39,610 nucleotides of DNA from Anaerolineae bacterium (lineage in GTDB: Bacteria > Chloroflexota > Anaerolineae > Epilineales > Epilineaceae), in the NCBI GenBank assembly GCA_029262755.1, contig JAJCYU010000275.1:1-39610 (forward strand). Direction: 5' to 3'. The notes beneath the pieces were generated by a model, which saw only the letters and a program-made list of their open reading frames with translations, made no database searches and had not been told where the DNA came from. This document shows positions 10,054-19,241 of this stretch, piece after piece; positions within the stretch are counted from its first letter, which is position 1, and every line of letters begins with the position of its first letter. Both the position numbers and the translations under genes were made by a program.

Positions 10054-11313
10054 TCACGCGCGTTCGAAGGGGTCGAAGAGCCGCTTGTACTCATCCAGCG
10101 CGTAGCGATCGGTCATACCGGCCAGGTAGTCGCAGATGACGCGGTAGGATTCCAGCGAAAGCGGGGCATCCGCGCGCGCATCCGGTTGGACCTGCTTCAC
10201 CCGCGCCCGTGTCACCTCCGGCAGCTGTCGAAAGTCCTGCTCGAAGGCTTCGAACAAGCGCGTGAGCACGTGCTCGGCCTTGCGGAACATGCGGATCACC
10301 CGCCATTGCCGGTACAGGTTGGCGTACAAGAAGTCCTTCAACTCGCGCTGCATGGCGATGACCTCGTCCGACAGTCCCATGAGCGGCTGCGGCGCGCGCC
10401 GAACGTCGTCCGCGGAGCGGGGATCGGCGGCCGCGATGTTCTCGGCGCTGGTGTAGATCAGATCGCTGATGAGCAGGTCGATGACCTTGCGGATGGCACG
10501 GTGGCGCCGCAGCTCGGGATCCGCATCCTCGATGCCCGCGCTCGCCCGGCGCCAGATCTCGAGCTCGTTCAATTCGGGCATGTCTAGCGCGAGCATCCCG
10601 CTGCGCAGTCCGTCATCCAGATCGTGCGCGCTGTAGGTTAGCTCGTCGGCGTGGTTGACGATCTGCGCCTCGAGGCTGGGCCGCAGCGAGGGCTCGTAGG
10701 GCGCGATCCAGCGTGCGTGCACGGCGTCGTATTCCGTCGCGTGCTTTACGATGCCTTCGCGCGTCTCCCACGTGAGGTTCATGCCGTCGAACTCCGGCCA
10801 GCGCTTCTCGAGCGTCTCCAAGACACGCAGGCTCTGTAGCGTATGGTTGAAGCCGAGGCCGGTGTTGGCATCGTCGTCCGGGTCGAGGCCCATGCGTTCC
10901 AACATCAGGCGGTCGAGCGTCACCTCGCCGGAATGGCCGAAGGGCGAGTGCCCCAGGTCGTGGGCCAGCGTGATCGCCTCCGCCAAATGCTCGTTGACCC
11001 GCAGGGCGCTCGCGATCGTGCGGGCAATTTGCGCGGCTTCTCCCGTGTGGGTCAAGCGGGTGCGATAGTAGTCGCCCTCGTAGTTGACGAAGACCTGCGT
11101 CTTGTACTGCAATCGTCGAAATGCCGTCGTATGAACGATCCGGTCGCGGTCTTTCTGAAACTCCGTGCGGTAGGGATGCGGCGGCGTCGGGACGACGCGG
11201 CCACGACTATCGGCCGATTTCTCTGCGAAGGGAGCAAGGTGCTCGCGTTCGTGGCGCTCCCTCTCCTCGCGCGTTGCCACGATGGCGCTTCCTGCGGGGC
11301 TCGGCGCGTGCAT
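10054..11313 (-). CDS. dgt: Deoxyguanosinetriphosphate triphosphohydrolase (HD domain)
   Basis: RTEFQKDRDRIVH, FRRLQYKTQVF, RTRLTH, AHDLGHSPFGHSGE, YSAHDLDD, DYLAGMTD. Confidence 0.95.
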   Translation of the reverse strand: MHAPSPAGSAIVATREERERHEREHLAPFAEKSADSRGRVVPTPPHPYRTEFQKDRDRIVHTTAFRRLQYKTQVFVNYEGDYYRTRLTHTGEAAQIARTIASALRVNEHLAEAITLAHDLGHSPFGHSGEVTLDRLMLERMGLDPDDDANTGLGFNHTLQSLRVLETLEKRWPEFDGMNLTWETREGIVKHATEYDAVHARWIAPYEPSLRPSLEAQIVNHADELTYSAHDLDDGLRSGMLALDMPELNELEIWRRASAGIEDADPELRRHRAIRKVIDLLISDLIYTSAENIAAADPRSADDVRRAPQPLMGLSDEVIAMQRELKDFLYANLYRQWRVIRMFRKAEHVLTRLFEAFEQDFRQLPEVTRARVKQVQPDARADAPLSLESYRVICDYLAGMTDRYALDEYKRLFDPFERA

Positions 11314-11613
11314 GGGGCGACTCCAAGACGGGGGCTGGTGCTAGCTCGGGCACGGGACTTTCGTCGCAGCGGGACGGCGAAAGGCGGTCCGTAGTATAGG
11401 AGGATTCGCGTCAAACCGCAGGGCACACGCGTCGGAAACGGCGTTTAACCGCCACGGGCGTATCCCGGCCGCGCCGGATTCCGTTGATAGAGATGAGTGT
11501 GCGCTGAGCACACGACCCATGACTCGATGCGCGCGTGGCGGACCCTGCCCACGGTCCCATGAGGCTGACGCGCAGTAGTCACAAGCAATCCGCAAGCTTC
11601 CTGGAGGAACGCC

Positions 11614-14600
11614 ATGCTACGCCCCAGCCGCCTGACGACGGCGGTCGTCGTCACCCTGCTCGCGGCCGTCCTGTTGGTCGGCACCCGCACCGCGGACGCG
11701 CAACGACTGCCGATCGAGACGTTTGCGCCGTCGGTTGCCTTCGACCAAATGGCCTTCGTTGAAAACGTAGGCCAATGGGATGAGGAAGCCCATTTCATGG
11801 CGCGTGCGCGCGGTGCCAACCTCTGGTTTACCCAGAATCGAATCCTGTTCGATAGCTTCGACAAGGACGATGTCGACGGCGCGGCCGACGGCGAGGCTGC
11901 GGTCGAGCCTTCCGGCGAGGGCTTCGTCACGGCGCTCAAGTTCTTCGGGGCGCGAGGTGACGCCCGTGCTGTGGCCCAAGGCGCAGATCTGGGTGTGCGC
12001 TACAACTGGCTGCGCGGCGAAGGCGGCCGCAGCGCCACGGGCGCCCGCGCGTTCGAAGAGATCGTGTACCGCGATCTCTTTGACGGCATCGATCTGCGAG
12101 TAGAGCCGGCGGCCGGCCGCCAGGGCGGTGTACTGAAGACGACGTGGGTCGTTCATCCGGGAGCCGACCCGTCCCAGATCCTGTACGAATACGAAGGCGC
12201 GCAGTCGGTGCGCGCGATCGGTCGCGCCGTCGAGGGGGAGGACTGGAAGGCAACGGTCGTCGTCGAGACGCCGCTCGGAGACTTCAAAGAGACCCTGCCT
12301 TCGATCTACCAGCGTGATGGCGAGAATGGGCCCTGGGTTACCGTCAAAGGCGGTTTCGTGGTCGAAGAAGGACTGATCGGCGTCGGCCTTGCCGAGTACG
12401 ATCGAACGCAGACGCTCTACATCGACCCCATCATCGTTTACTCGCGCCCGATCGGCGGTGGTTCGGACGATTGGGTCGTGCAGATCCGCGAAGACGCCAC
12501 GGGCCTCTACGCGGCCGGCGCCACCGAATCGGCCGATTTCCCGGCCACGATGGGCGCGTACCAGGATTCCCACGGCGGGACGCCGGGCTCGGACAACGAT
12601 GGCTTCGCCGCCAAGTTTGATTCGCTCACGGGTGACGCGCTTTGGATCACCTACGTGGGCGGTGACGACTTCGAACGCTTCACCGACTTCCGCCTCGACG
12701 ACGGCATGATGGTCCTGACCGGGTTCGCGGATGCCGATGGCGCCGTGCCGTACCCGACCACCCCGGGCACGTATCAGCCCGCCACCGTCAAGGGCAACTT
12801 CCACCCCGTGCTGACGCGCTTGAATGCGTCAGGCACCGACCTGGTGTACAGCACCTACGTGGCCGCCGACGGCGAATTCTCCGACGACGACTACGGCCTC
12901 GGCATCGCGCTGGCGGATGACGGGAGCCACTACATCGTCGGTACGACCGAATCGGACGACGGGTATCCGACCGGCACGGGTCTGTATGACACCGATCCCG
13001 ACGGGAGCACTTCCGGCTCCAACAACGACAACGCGTTCATCGTGCACGTGAGTGCGGATGCGTCCACGATCCTGGACTTCTCCTACATCGGCGGCGACAA
13101 CGACGACGCCGCCTTCGACGTCGAGTTGGACAGCGCCGGCAACCCGGTCGTGGTCAACGTGACCGAGTCGACGGATTGGCCGGTAAGCCCAGGAGCATTC
13201 CAGGCCACCCGTGACGGCACGCAAAGCAGTTCGGCGGACGATATCGCGTTGATCAAATTCGACGCCGGCCTCGATACCCGCATGTGGGCCACGTACCTCG
13301 GCGGCAACAACGACGACCAGGGCACGATCACGGTCAGCTACTCCGGCTTCACCGACGATCGCTGGGTGTGGCATGGCCTCGCGCTGGACGGCGCAAACCG
13401 ACCGATCGTGGCGGGCACCACGGAGTCGACGGACTTTCCAACGACTCCCGGCGCGTTTCAAGAGACGGACCAAAACGGCAGCACGGACGACACCTTCGTC
13501 TCCATTCTGAGTGCGGATGTCACTTCGTTGGTCGCAAGCACGTACCTGGGCGGCCCCAACGGTCTCGAGACCTTCGGCAGTCCGGTCGAGGTCGACGACA
13601 TGGGCAACGTCTACGTCGGCGGCACCACGGAGGACGACACGGACTTCCCCATTGTCGCAGCCGTACAGCCCACGTATGGCGGCAGCGCCTTCGGTGATGC
13701 CTTCGCGACGATCTTCACCCCGGACCTGACCGGCCTGGTGTGCAGCAGCTACTTCGGCGGCAATGATTCCGAGCGCATCCTGGCCATCATCGCCGGGCCC
13801 GGCCCGCGTGATGGGCGTTGGGGTGGCTACACCAACTCGCCCGACTTCCCGGCGACCGCGGGTGGGACGATCGGCACGCCGACCGGCGGCTTCCCGGATT
13901 CCAACGGCTTCATCGCCGCCACGAATTGCTCGGGCGCCAACCTGGCGCTCGTGGAGGACAGTGAGGGCGCCGAGACGCTGCCGGGCCGAACATGCTTCGA
14001 GTCCGGTGAGCACTTCACCTACAGCTTCTCCATCATCAACGACAGCGACTCGGTGCAGGGCGACAACCCCGGACCCGAGGTCGAGGCGCAATCCTCCAAC
14101 ACCGGCATCTTGACTGCCTGTCAGGCCAGCTCCGGAACGTGCTCCATCGTGAACGGCCGCGTTGAATGGAATGGCACGGTCGGCGTTGACGAGGTCATTG
14201 ACTTCGACGTTACCGCGCGCTTCCTGGGCGGGCTATTGGCGGGCGTCGAGAACTGCTTGACCGTCACGATGAACTTCGACGCCGAGGCGATCGGTGACAA
14301 CTCGGTGTCGGCGCGGTTCCAGGTCTGCACCGTTACCGACTGCGCGGCAACGGTCGATCCGAACCGTCAGCTCGGCGGCCAGGTGCATATCCCGATCTTG
14401 GACTATCAAGGCCAAGACGACGTCTGCGAGACGTGGCTCGAGGTGCAGAACATCGGCTGCGAGACGAGCAAAGCGGCGTTGGTCACCTGGGGCGAGCCGG
14501 GCTTCTGTCCGCCGCAGGCGGCGGGTCCGCTCAAGGTCGAGTGCACGGGCCTGCTCAAGCCGGGCAGCACATGGAATCTGATCGGCGCGCAGATCCCCTC

Positions 14601-16665
14601 CGGCTCCAAGAGCGGCATCTTGTTCCAGTTCACCGCGCGCCAGCTCTCGGAGCTCGGTCTGGACCTCGGCTTCGACGACATCACGGCCGACTTCCTGTGC
14701 GAGACGCTGTTCTTCGGCGTTGTCGGCGACGCAGATGACTACCGTCGCTTCAAGAAGGCCTACAACGAGGGTCTCGAGTTCGCCGGCGTGCCGTTGGACG
14801 ATGCGCGCGGCGACGGCTTCCTGGCCGCGGACGTGCACCGTACGTGTCCGGGTGACCGGACACCCGCGTCCGAGGTCACGTCCAAGTACAACGGCATCGC
14901 GGGCACCCACCTGGGCACCTTCGACGAGATATTCGGCGGCTACGGCTACTACGTACCGCTGATCTATGCCGGCTCCGCGGACTTCGACACCGTGATGTAC
15001 ATCCAGAACGGCGGCCTGAGCTGCTCGTCGATCGAGATCTGGTTCAAGGCAAAGGACGACTGCATCCGCAACGAGATCTGCGAGATCCTCACCCTCGCCC
15101 CGGGCGAGACCTACCAATTCGGCGCGAGTGACTGCGTCGGCCCGGACTTCCAGGGCAACGCGTGGCTGCGCTCGACGCAGCCGCTCGGCGTCGCGGTGGA
15201 CATCATCGGCCGCGACGTGCTCATGACCTACGTCGCGGAGCCGGCCGAGATCAACTACACCTTCGATCCTAGTCGCTCCATCACCCGCGACGGGCAGCAG
15301 GTGGCTTTCGGCCCGCTCGTCTACAGCGAGTACCAGGGATGGGACTCCGGTATCCAGGTTCAGAACCTCTCCGGCACGGTGGCCGCCAAGGTGAAGGTCT
15401 ATTTCCTCGACCGCTCCGGCGATATCGTGACCACGCTCGTCGATTGGATCTGCCCGCGCGGCAGCCAGACACTGTTCCTGCCCGTCATCGCAGGTATGCC
15501 CGGTAGCTGGGTGGGCTCGGTGCGGGTCGAGAGCCAGGAGTGGACCTCGCCGGGCAGCCCGCTCATCCGCTCGCCCAACATCGCCGCCATCGCGATGCTT
15601 CTCAAGTACGTGGATGCGGCGCGCACGGACACCACGCAGGCGATCGCATACAACATGCTGCCGGAGCACAAGATCTTTGACTGGCAGATCGGCTTCAGCG
15701 GCGGCGGCTTGGACACGGGCATCGGCCTGATCGCCATCCCCTCGTTGCTGCGCGATCTGAAGCACACGGGCATGACCAGCGAGATCGCGATTGCCAACGT
15801 GGTGCCGAAGCCGGGCTTCACGGACTTCGCGATCTTCCTCTACGACCAGAACGGCTTGATCGACTACATCTGCCAGAAGCTCAACGAGAAGCAGGTGGAG
15901 TACATCGATCTGCAGACGTGGGGCTACCTGGACGAGGGTTTCAAGGGTTCGGCCATCATCAGCGCGGTCTTCTGGGAACACGATGTTTTCGACAGCACGG
16001 GCTTCTTCCTGCGCAACCTCGTCGGGCTCGGCGCCGTGGCGGTGGAGCGCAAGGGCACGCGTTTGGGCGAAGACATTCCGGGCGACGAGTCGGCCGGTTC
16101 ACGCGGCATTCCCTTCCGCCGACAAGACATCGAGGGCCGCGAACTGGACTTCTGCTTCATGGGATTCCTGCCCACATGTCCCGGCTTGCCGGACCTGCGG
16201 CCCGATCCCTTCGCCTGTCCCGAGGTACTTGAGATCTCCTGCGCCAATTGTCCGCTGCCGATAACGGGTAACTCCACGACGATCGACGCGGTGGATGCGA
16301 AGATCCTCAACCCCGAATGCATCGTCGTGGACGTGGACGTGGAGTTGGACATCACGCACACCTGGTACGGTGACTTGTTCGTGGATCTTTCGGGTCCGGA
16401 ATTGGCCAACTCCGAGCTCTTCGGCGACATCTGCGGCAACTTCGACGACATGATGGTCACGGTCGACGATGACTCCCTGACGCCGATCGGGAGTGTGTGC
16501 GCGGCACCGTTGTTGGGAACATTCGCCTCGCAGATGGGCGGTCTCGACGCATTCGACGGTACGCGAGCAGGCGGCCGCTGGCGGTTGGACATCTTCGATG
16601 ACTTCCCAACCGACGACGGCATGCTCAACGACTGGACCCTGCGGCTGCGCACCGAGCAGCGCTAG
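11614..16665 (+). CDS. Large secreted protein: signal peptide, SBBP-associated N-domain, 7 SBBP-type beta-propeller blades, Ig/DUF11-like domain, four Cys-rich beta-sandwich repeats, C-terminal proprotein-convertase P-like domain
   Basis: GGAGGA RBS; Sec signal ending ADA-Q; AFVENVGQWD and YRDLFDGIDL motifs; repeated (S/T)Y(L/I)GG...D...GTTES-x-DFP-x-T-x-GA; C-terminal VDVELDITHTWYGDL...G-x-WRL-x-I-x-D...DDG-x-L-x-x-W-x-L. Confidence 0.85.
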   Translation: MLRPSRLTTAVVVTLLAAVLLVGTRTADAQRLPIETFAPSVAFDQMAFVENVGQWDEEAHFMARARGANLWFTQNRILFDSFDKDDVDGAADGEAAVEPSGEGFVTALKFFGARGDARAVAQGADLGVRYNWLRGEGGRSATGARAFEEIVYRDLFDGIDLRVEPAAGRQGGVLKTTWVVHPGADPSQILYEYEGAQSVRAIGRAVEGEDWKATVVVETPLGDFKETLPSIYQRDGENGPWVTVKGGFVVEEGLIGVGLAEYDRTQTLYIDPIIVYSRPIGGGSDDWVVQIREDATGLYAAGATESADFPATMGAYQDSHGGTPGSDNDGFAAKFDSLTGDALWITYVGGDDFERFTDFRLDDGMMVLTGFADADGAVPYPTTPGTYQPATVKGNFHPVLTRLNASGTDLVYSTYVAADGEFSDDDYGLGIALADDGSHYIVGTTESDDGYPTGTGLYDTDPDGSTSGSNNDNAFIVHVSADASTILDFSYIGGDNDDAAFDVELDSAGNPVVVNVTESTDWPVSPGAFQATRDGTQSSSADDIALIKFDAGLDTRMWATYLGGNNDDQGTITVSYSGFTDDRWVWHGLALDGANRPIVAGTTESTDFPTTPGAFQETDQNGSTDDTFVSILSADVTSLVASTYLGGPNGLETFGSPVEVDDMGNVYVGGTTEDDTDFPIVAAVQPTYGGSAFGDAFATIFTPDLTGLVCSSYFGGNDSERILAIIAGPGPRDGRWGGYTNSPDFPATAGGTIGTPTGGFPDSNGFIAATNCSGANLALVEDSEGAETLPGRTCFESGEHFTYSFSIINDSDSVQGDNPGPEVEAQSSNTGILTACQASSGTCSIVNGRVEWNGTVGVDEVIDFDVTARFLGGLLAGVENCLTVTMNFDAEAIGDNSVSARFQVCTVTDCAATVDPNRQLGGQVHIPILDYQGQDDVCETWLEVQNIGCETSKAALVTWGEPGFCPPQAAGPLKVECTGLLKPGSTWNLIGAQIPSGSKSGILFQFTARQLSELGLDLGFDDITADFLCETLFFGVVGDADDYRRFKKAYNEGLEFAGVPLDDARGDGFLAADVHRTCPGDRTPASEVTSKYNGIAGTHLGTFDEIFGGYGYYVPLIYAGSADFDTVMYIQNGGLSCSSIEIWFKAKDDCIRNEICEILTLAPGETYQFGASDCVGPDFQGNAWLRSTQPLGVAVDIIGRDVLMTYVAEPAEINYTFDPSRSITRDGQQVAFGPLVYSEYQGWDSGIQVQNLSGTVAAKVKVYFLDRSGDIVTTLVDWICPRGSQTLFLPVIAGMPGSWVGSVRVESQEWTSPGSPLIRSPNIAAIAMLLKYVDAARTDTTQAIAYNMLPEHKIFDWQIGFSGGGLDTGIGLIAIPSLLRDLKHTGMTSEIAIANVVPKPGFTDFAIFLYDQNGLIDYICQKLNEKQVEYIDLQTWGYLDEGFKGSAIISAVFWEHDVFDSTGFFLRNLVGLGAVAVERKGTRLGEDIPGDESAGSRGIPFRRQDIEGRELDFCFMGFLPTCPGLPDLRPDPFACPEVLEISCANCPLPITGNSTTIDAVDAKILNPECIVVDVDVELDITHTWYGDLFVDLSGPELANSELFGDICGNFDDMMVTVDDDSLTPIGSVCAAPLLGTFASQMGGLDAFDGTRAGGRWRLDIFDDFPTDDGMLNDWTLRLRTEQR

Positions 16666-16713
16666 CCCGGAGGAGGCGCCGATCGATTCCTCGATCGGTC
16701 GCCCGTAAACGCT

Positions 16714-16764
16714 GCACGCGACGGCCCGACGGCAGCAATGCCGCCGGGTCGTCGTGCGTCTTCT
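16714..16764 (+). terminator. Long GCAA-tetraloop hairpin, probable terminator of the large secreted protein gene
   Basis: CGACGGCCCG-A-CGGCA-GCAA-TGCCG-C-CGGGTCGTCG followed by a weak TCTTCT tail. A second hairpin (CCGATCGA-TTCC-TCGATCGG) lies just upstream at about 16679-16698. Confidence 0.55.
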
Positions 16765-16872
16765 GATATCCTTCACGCTCCGGATGCGGTGGTGAACGAC
16801 GACGATAGCGCCCGGAACGTGATGCATCCGATACGCAATCAAGGCGCGATGCAGCGCCATAGGGGATCGGCA

Positions 16873-19092
16873 ATGTCCGATATCGACGCACGCACGGGCG
16901 CGCTTCCGTCCGACGCGCGCACCAAAGGCTCTGGCGGCGGTGCGCCTGAGGCTTCGGCGCGGATCGAGGCGACCGGCAAGGAAGCGACCAGTTCGATCGA
17001 CCTCCATGATCCGGCACTCTACGTCAACCGCGAGCTGGGAATGCTCGCCTTCCAGCGCCGCGTGCTCGAGGAAGCGCAAGACCTGCTGAATCCCTTGCTC
17101 GAGCGCGCGAAGTTCTTGGCGATTCTCGGCTCCAACCTGGACGAGTTCTTCATGGTGCGCGTCGCTGGGCTGCGGCAGCAGGTGGCCGCGGGCGTCGTGA
17201 AGCTGGCTGCAGACGGCATGCTGCCGGCCGAGCAGCTGGCGGCGGTGCGCAAGGAAGGCTTGGCCTTGATGCGCGATGCCTACGTCGCGCTCGACGAGGT
17301 GAGCGGGCAGCTCGCCGGCGAAGGCATCCACGTGCTCTGCTACGACGAGCTGAACGAGAAGCAGCGCAGCCAGGCCGCCCGTTACTTCGACGAGATCATC
17401 TTCCCTGTCTTGACCCCTCTGGCCTTCGACCCAGGGCGGCCATTCCCGTTCATTTCCAATCTGAGCCTCAACCTCGCAGTCTACGTGCGCGATGAGGACG
17501 GAGAGCGCCACTTTGCGCGCGTCAAGGTGCCGGGCACGCTACCCATGTTGGTGCCCATCAAGCGCTCCTCCGGTGGCGTTCGTAGGGACGGGACGCCGCC
17601 CCGCAGCCACTTTTTCGTGTGGATCGAGGAAGTGATCGCCGCGCACCTCGATCGACTCTTTCCCGGCCTGACGGTGGAAGAGGCCTACCCGTTCCGGGTC
17701 ACACGCGACGCGGACAACGAGATCCAGGAGCTGGAGGCAGCCGACCTGCTGCAAACCATCGCCTCCAGCGTGCGCCAGCGGCAGTTCGGCGGGGTCGTGC
17801 GTCTGTCGATGAATCCGGATATGCCGGCCCCGATTCGGCGTCTGCTCGTCGACGAGCTCGCGGTCGATCCCAACGACGTGTACCTCTTCGACGGACCGCT
17901 CAGCATGGCCGGGCTGTCGCAGTTGCAATCGGTCGAGCGCCACGATCTGCGCAACCCGCATTTCGTGCCCGCCATGCCGGCTGCGGTCGACATGCGTGAT
18001 CATCCGGGCCGCATATTCGAGCAGATTCGCAGCGAAGACGCGTTGCTCTATCACCCCTACGACAGCTTCCTGCCCGTCGTGAAGTTTCTCGAGGCGGCAG
18101 CCGCGGATCCCGACGTGTTGGCCATCAAGATGACCCTCTACCGGGTGGGGCGCGATTCGCCGGTGGTGGATGCGTTGCTGGAGGCGCGAGAGAACGGCAA
18201 GCAGGTCGCCGTGCTGGTGGAGCTGAAGGCTCGCTTCGACGAGGAGAGCAACATCGTCTGGGCGCGCAAGCTTGAAAAGCAGGGCGTGCACGTGGTCTAC
18301 GGCCTGCTCGGGCTCAAGACCCACTCGAAGCTTGCCCTCGTGGTGCGCAGGGAAGGCTCCGGAATCCGGCGTTACGTGCATATGGCCACCGGCAACTACA
18401 ACCACGTCACCGCGCACCTCTATACCGACGTCGGCCTGTTCACAGACGATGCCGACCTCGGTGCCGACGTCAGCGACGTGTTCAACTACCTGACCGGCTA
18501 CTCGCACAAGAAGGACTATCGCAAGCTCTTGGTGGCGCCGGTCAACCTGCGCCGTCGATTCGTGGAGTTGATCGAGCGTGAGGTCGCCGTGCAAAAGGCG
18601 GGCGGCGAGGGCAAGCTCGTGTTCCAGATGAATTCGCTGGTCGACGCACCCATCATTCGGGCCCTGTACCGTGCGTCCCAGGCCGGCGTTGCGATCGATC
18701 TCATCGTGCGCGGCATCTGCTGTCTTCGGCCGGGCATCCCCGGCGTCAGCGAGACGATTCGCGTCACGAGCATCGTCGGGCGCTTCTTGGAGCACAGCCG
18801 GATCTACTACTTCCGCAACGGTGGCGCGGAGCAGGTCTACGTCGGCAGCGCCGACCTCATGCCGCGCAACATCGATCGCCGTGTCGAGGTCGTGTTTCCG
18901 ATCGAAGATCCGCGCCTCGTCATGCAGCTGCGCGATGAGGCCCTGGCCGTCTTGCTCTCCGATACCGTCAAGGCGAGGCGCATGACCGCGGCAGGCACAT
19001 ACGAACGCGTGCGGCCGGGCCGGGGCGAGGCATCGCTCGACGGCCAGGCATGGTTGATCGCGCAGCATCGGCGCCGGGGCACGTCAGGATAG
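16873..19092 (+). CDS. ppk1: Polyphosphate kinase 1
   Basis: SNLDEFFMVRVAG, HPYDSF, IKMTLYR, ELKARFDEE, KTHSK, TGNYN, GRFLEHSRIYYF, SADLMPRNIDRRVE; start placed at ATG 16873 after AGGGGA. Confidence 0.96.
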   Translation: MSDIDARTGALPSDARTKGSGGGAPEASARIEATGKEATSSIDLHDPALYVNRELGMLAFQRRVLEEAQDLLNPLLERAKFLAILGSNLDEFFMVRVAGLRQQVAAGVVKLAADGMLPAEQLAAVRKEGLALMRDAYVALDEVSGQLAGEGIHVLCYDELNEKQRSQAARYFDEIIFPVLTPLAFDPGRPFPFISNLSLNLAVYVRDEDGERHFARVKVPGTLPMLVPIKRSSGGVRRDGTPPRSHFFVWIEEVIAAHLDRLFPGLTVEEAYPFRVTRDADNEIQELEAADLLQTIASSVRQRQFGGVVRLSMNPDMPAPIRRLLVDELAVDPNDVYLFDGPLSMAGLSQLQSVERHDLRNPHFVPAMPAAVDMRDHPGRIFEQIRSEDALLYHPYDSFLPVVKFLEAAAADPDVLAIKMTLYRVGRDSPVVDALLEARENGKQVAVLVELKARFDEESNIVWARKLEKQGVHVVYGLLGLKTHSKLALVVRREGSGIRRYVHMATGNYNHVTAHLYTDVGLFTDDADLGADVSDVFNYLTGYSHKKDYRKLLVAPVNLRRRFVELIEREVAVQKAGGEGKLVFQMNSLVDAPIIRALYRASQAGVAIDLIVRGICCLRPGIPGVSETIRVTSIVGRFLEHSRIYYFRNGGAEQVYVGSADLMPRNIDRRVEVVFPIEDPRLVMQLRDEALAVLLSDTVKARRMTAAGTYERVRPGRGEASLDGQAWLIAQHRRRGTSG

Positions 19093-19241
19093 AGCCTCTT
19101 ATGACTCGACGAGCCCTTGGGGCCGCGCCGGCAATCGCGGAACAGGGCGAACCCGTGACGTATTCGCCGGCCGCCGCCGTGCGCTGGGAATCTCCGGCAG
19201 CGTAGCGTAGGACGGTACATACGGACGGCCGTGTCCCATGG

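Noticed and set aside
11358..11383. 9-bp hairpin CTTTCGTCG/CGGCGAAAG upstream of dgt
   Set aside because: No U-tract or recognisable RNA family; expected by chance at this GC content.
11415..11540. Riboswitch-like words upstream of the large secreted gene (GGGCACAC...GAAA hairpin...GCCACGGG like c-di-GMP-I; GCTGAG...ACCC like TPP)
   Set aside because: Key conserved elements are missing (GCAAAG junction and tetraloop receptor; AACCUG and AGGGA). An Infernal/Rfam scan would settle it.
12829..19068. Long antisense ORFs (420, 582, 470 and 509 aa) opposite the secreted protein and ppk1
   Set aside because: Shadow ORFs produced by high-GC codon bias; no motifs or RBS.
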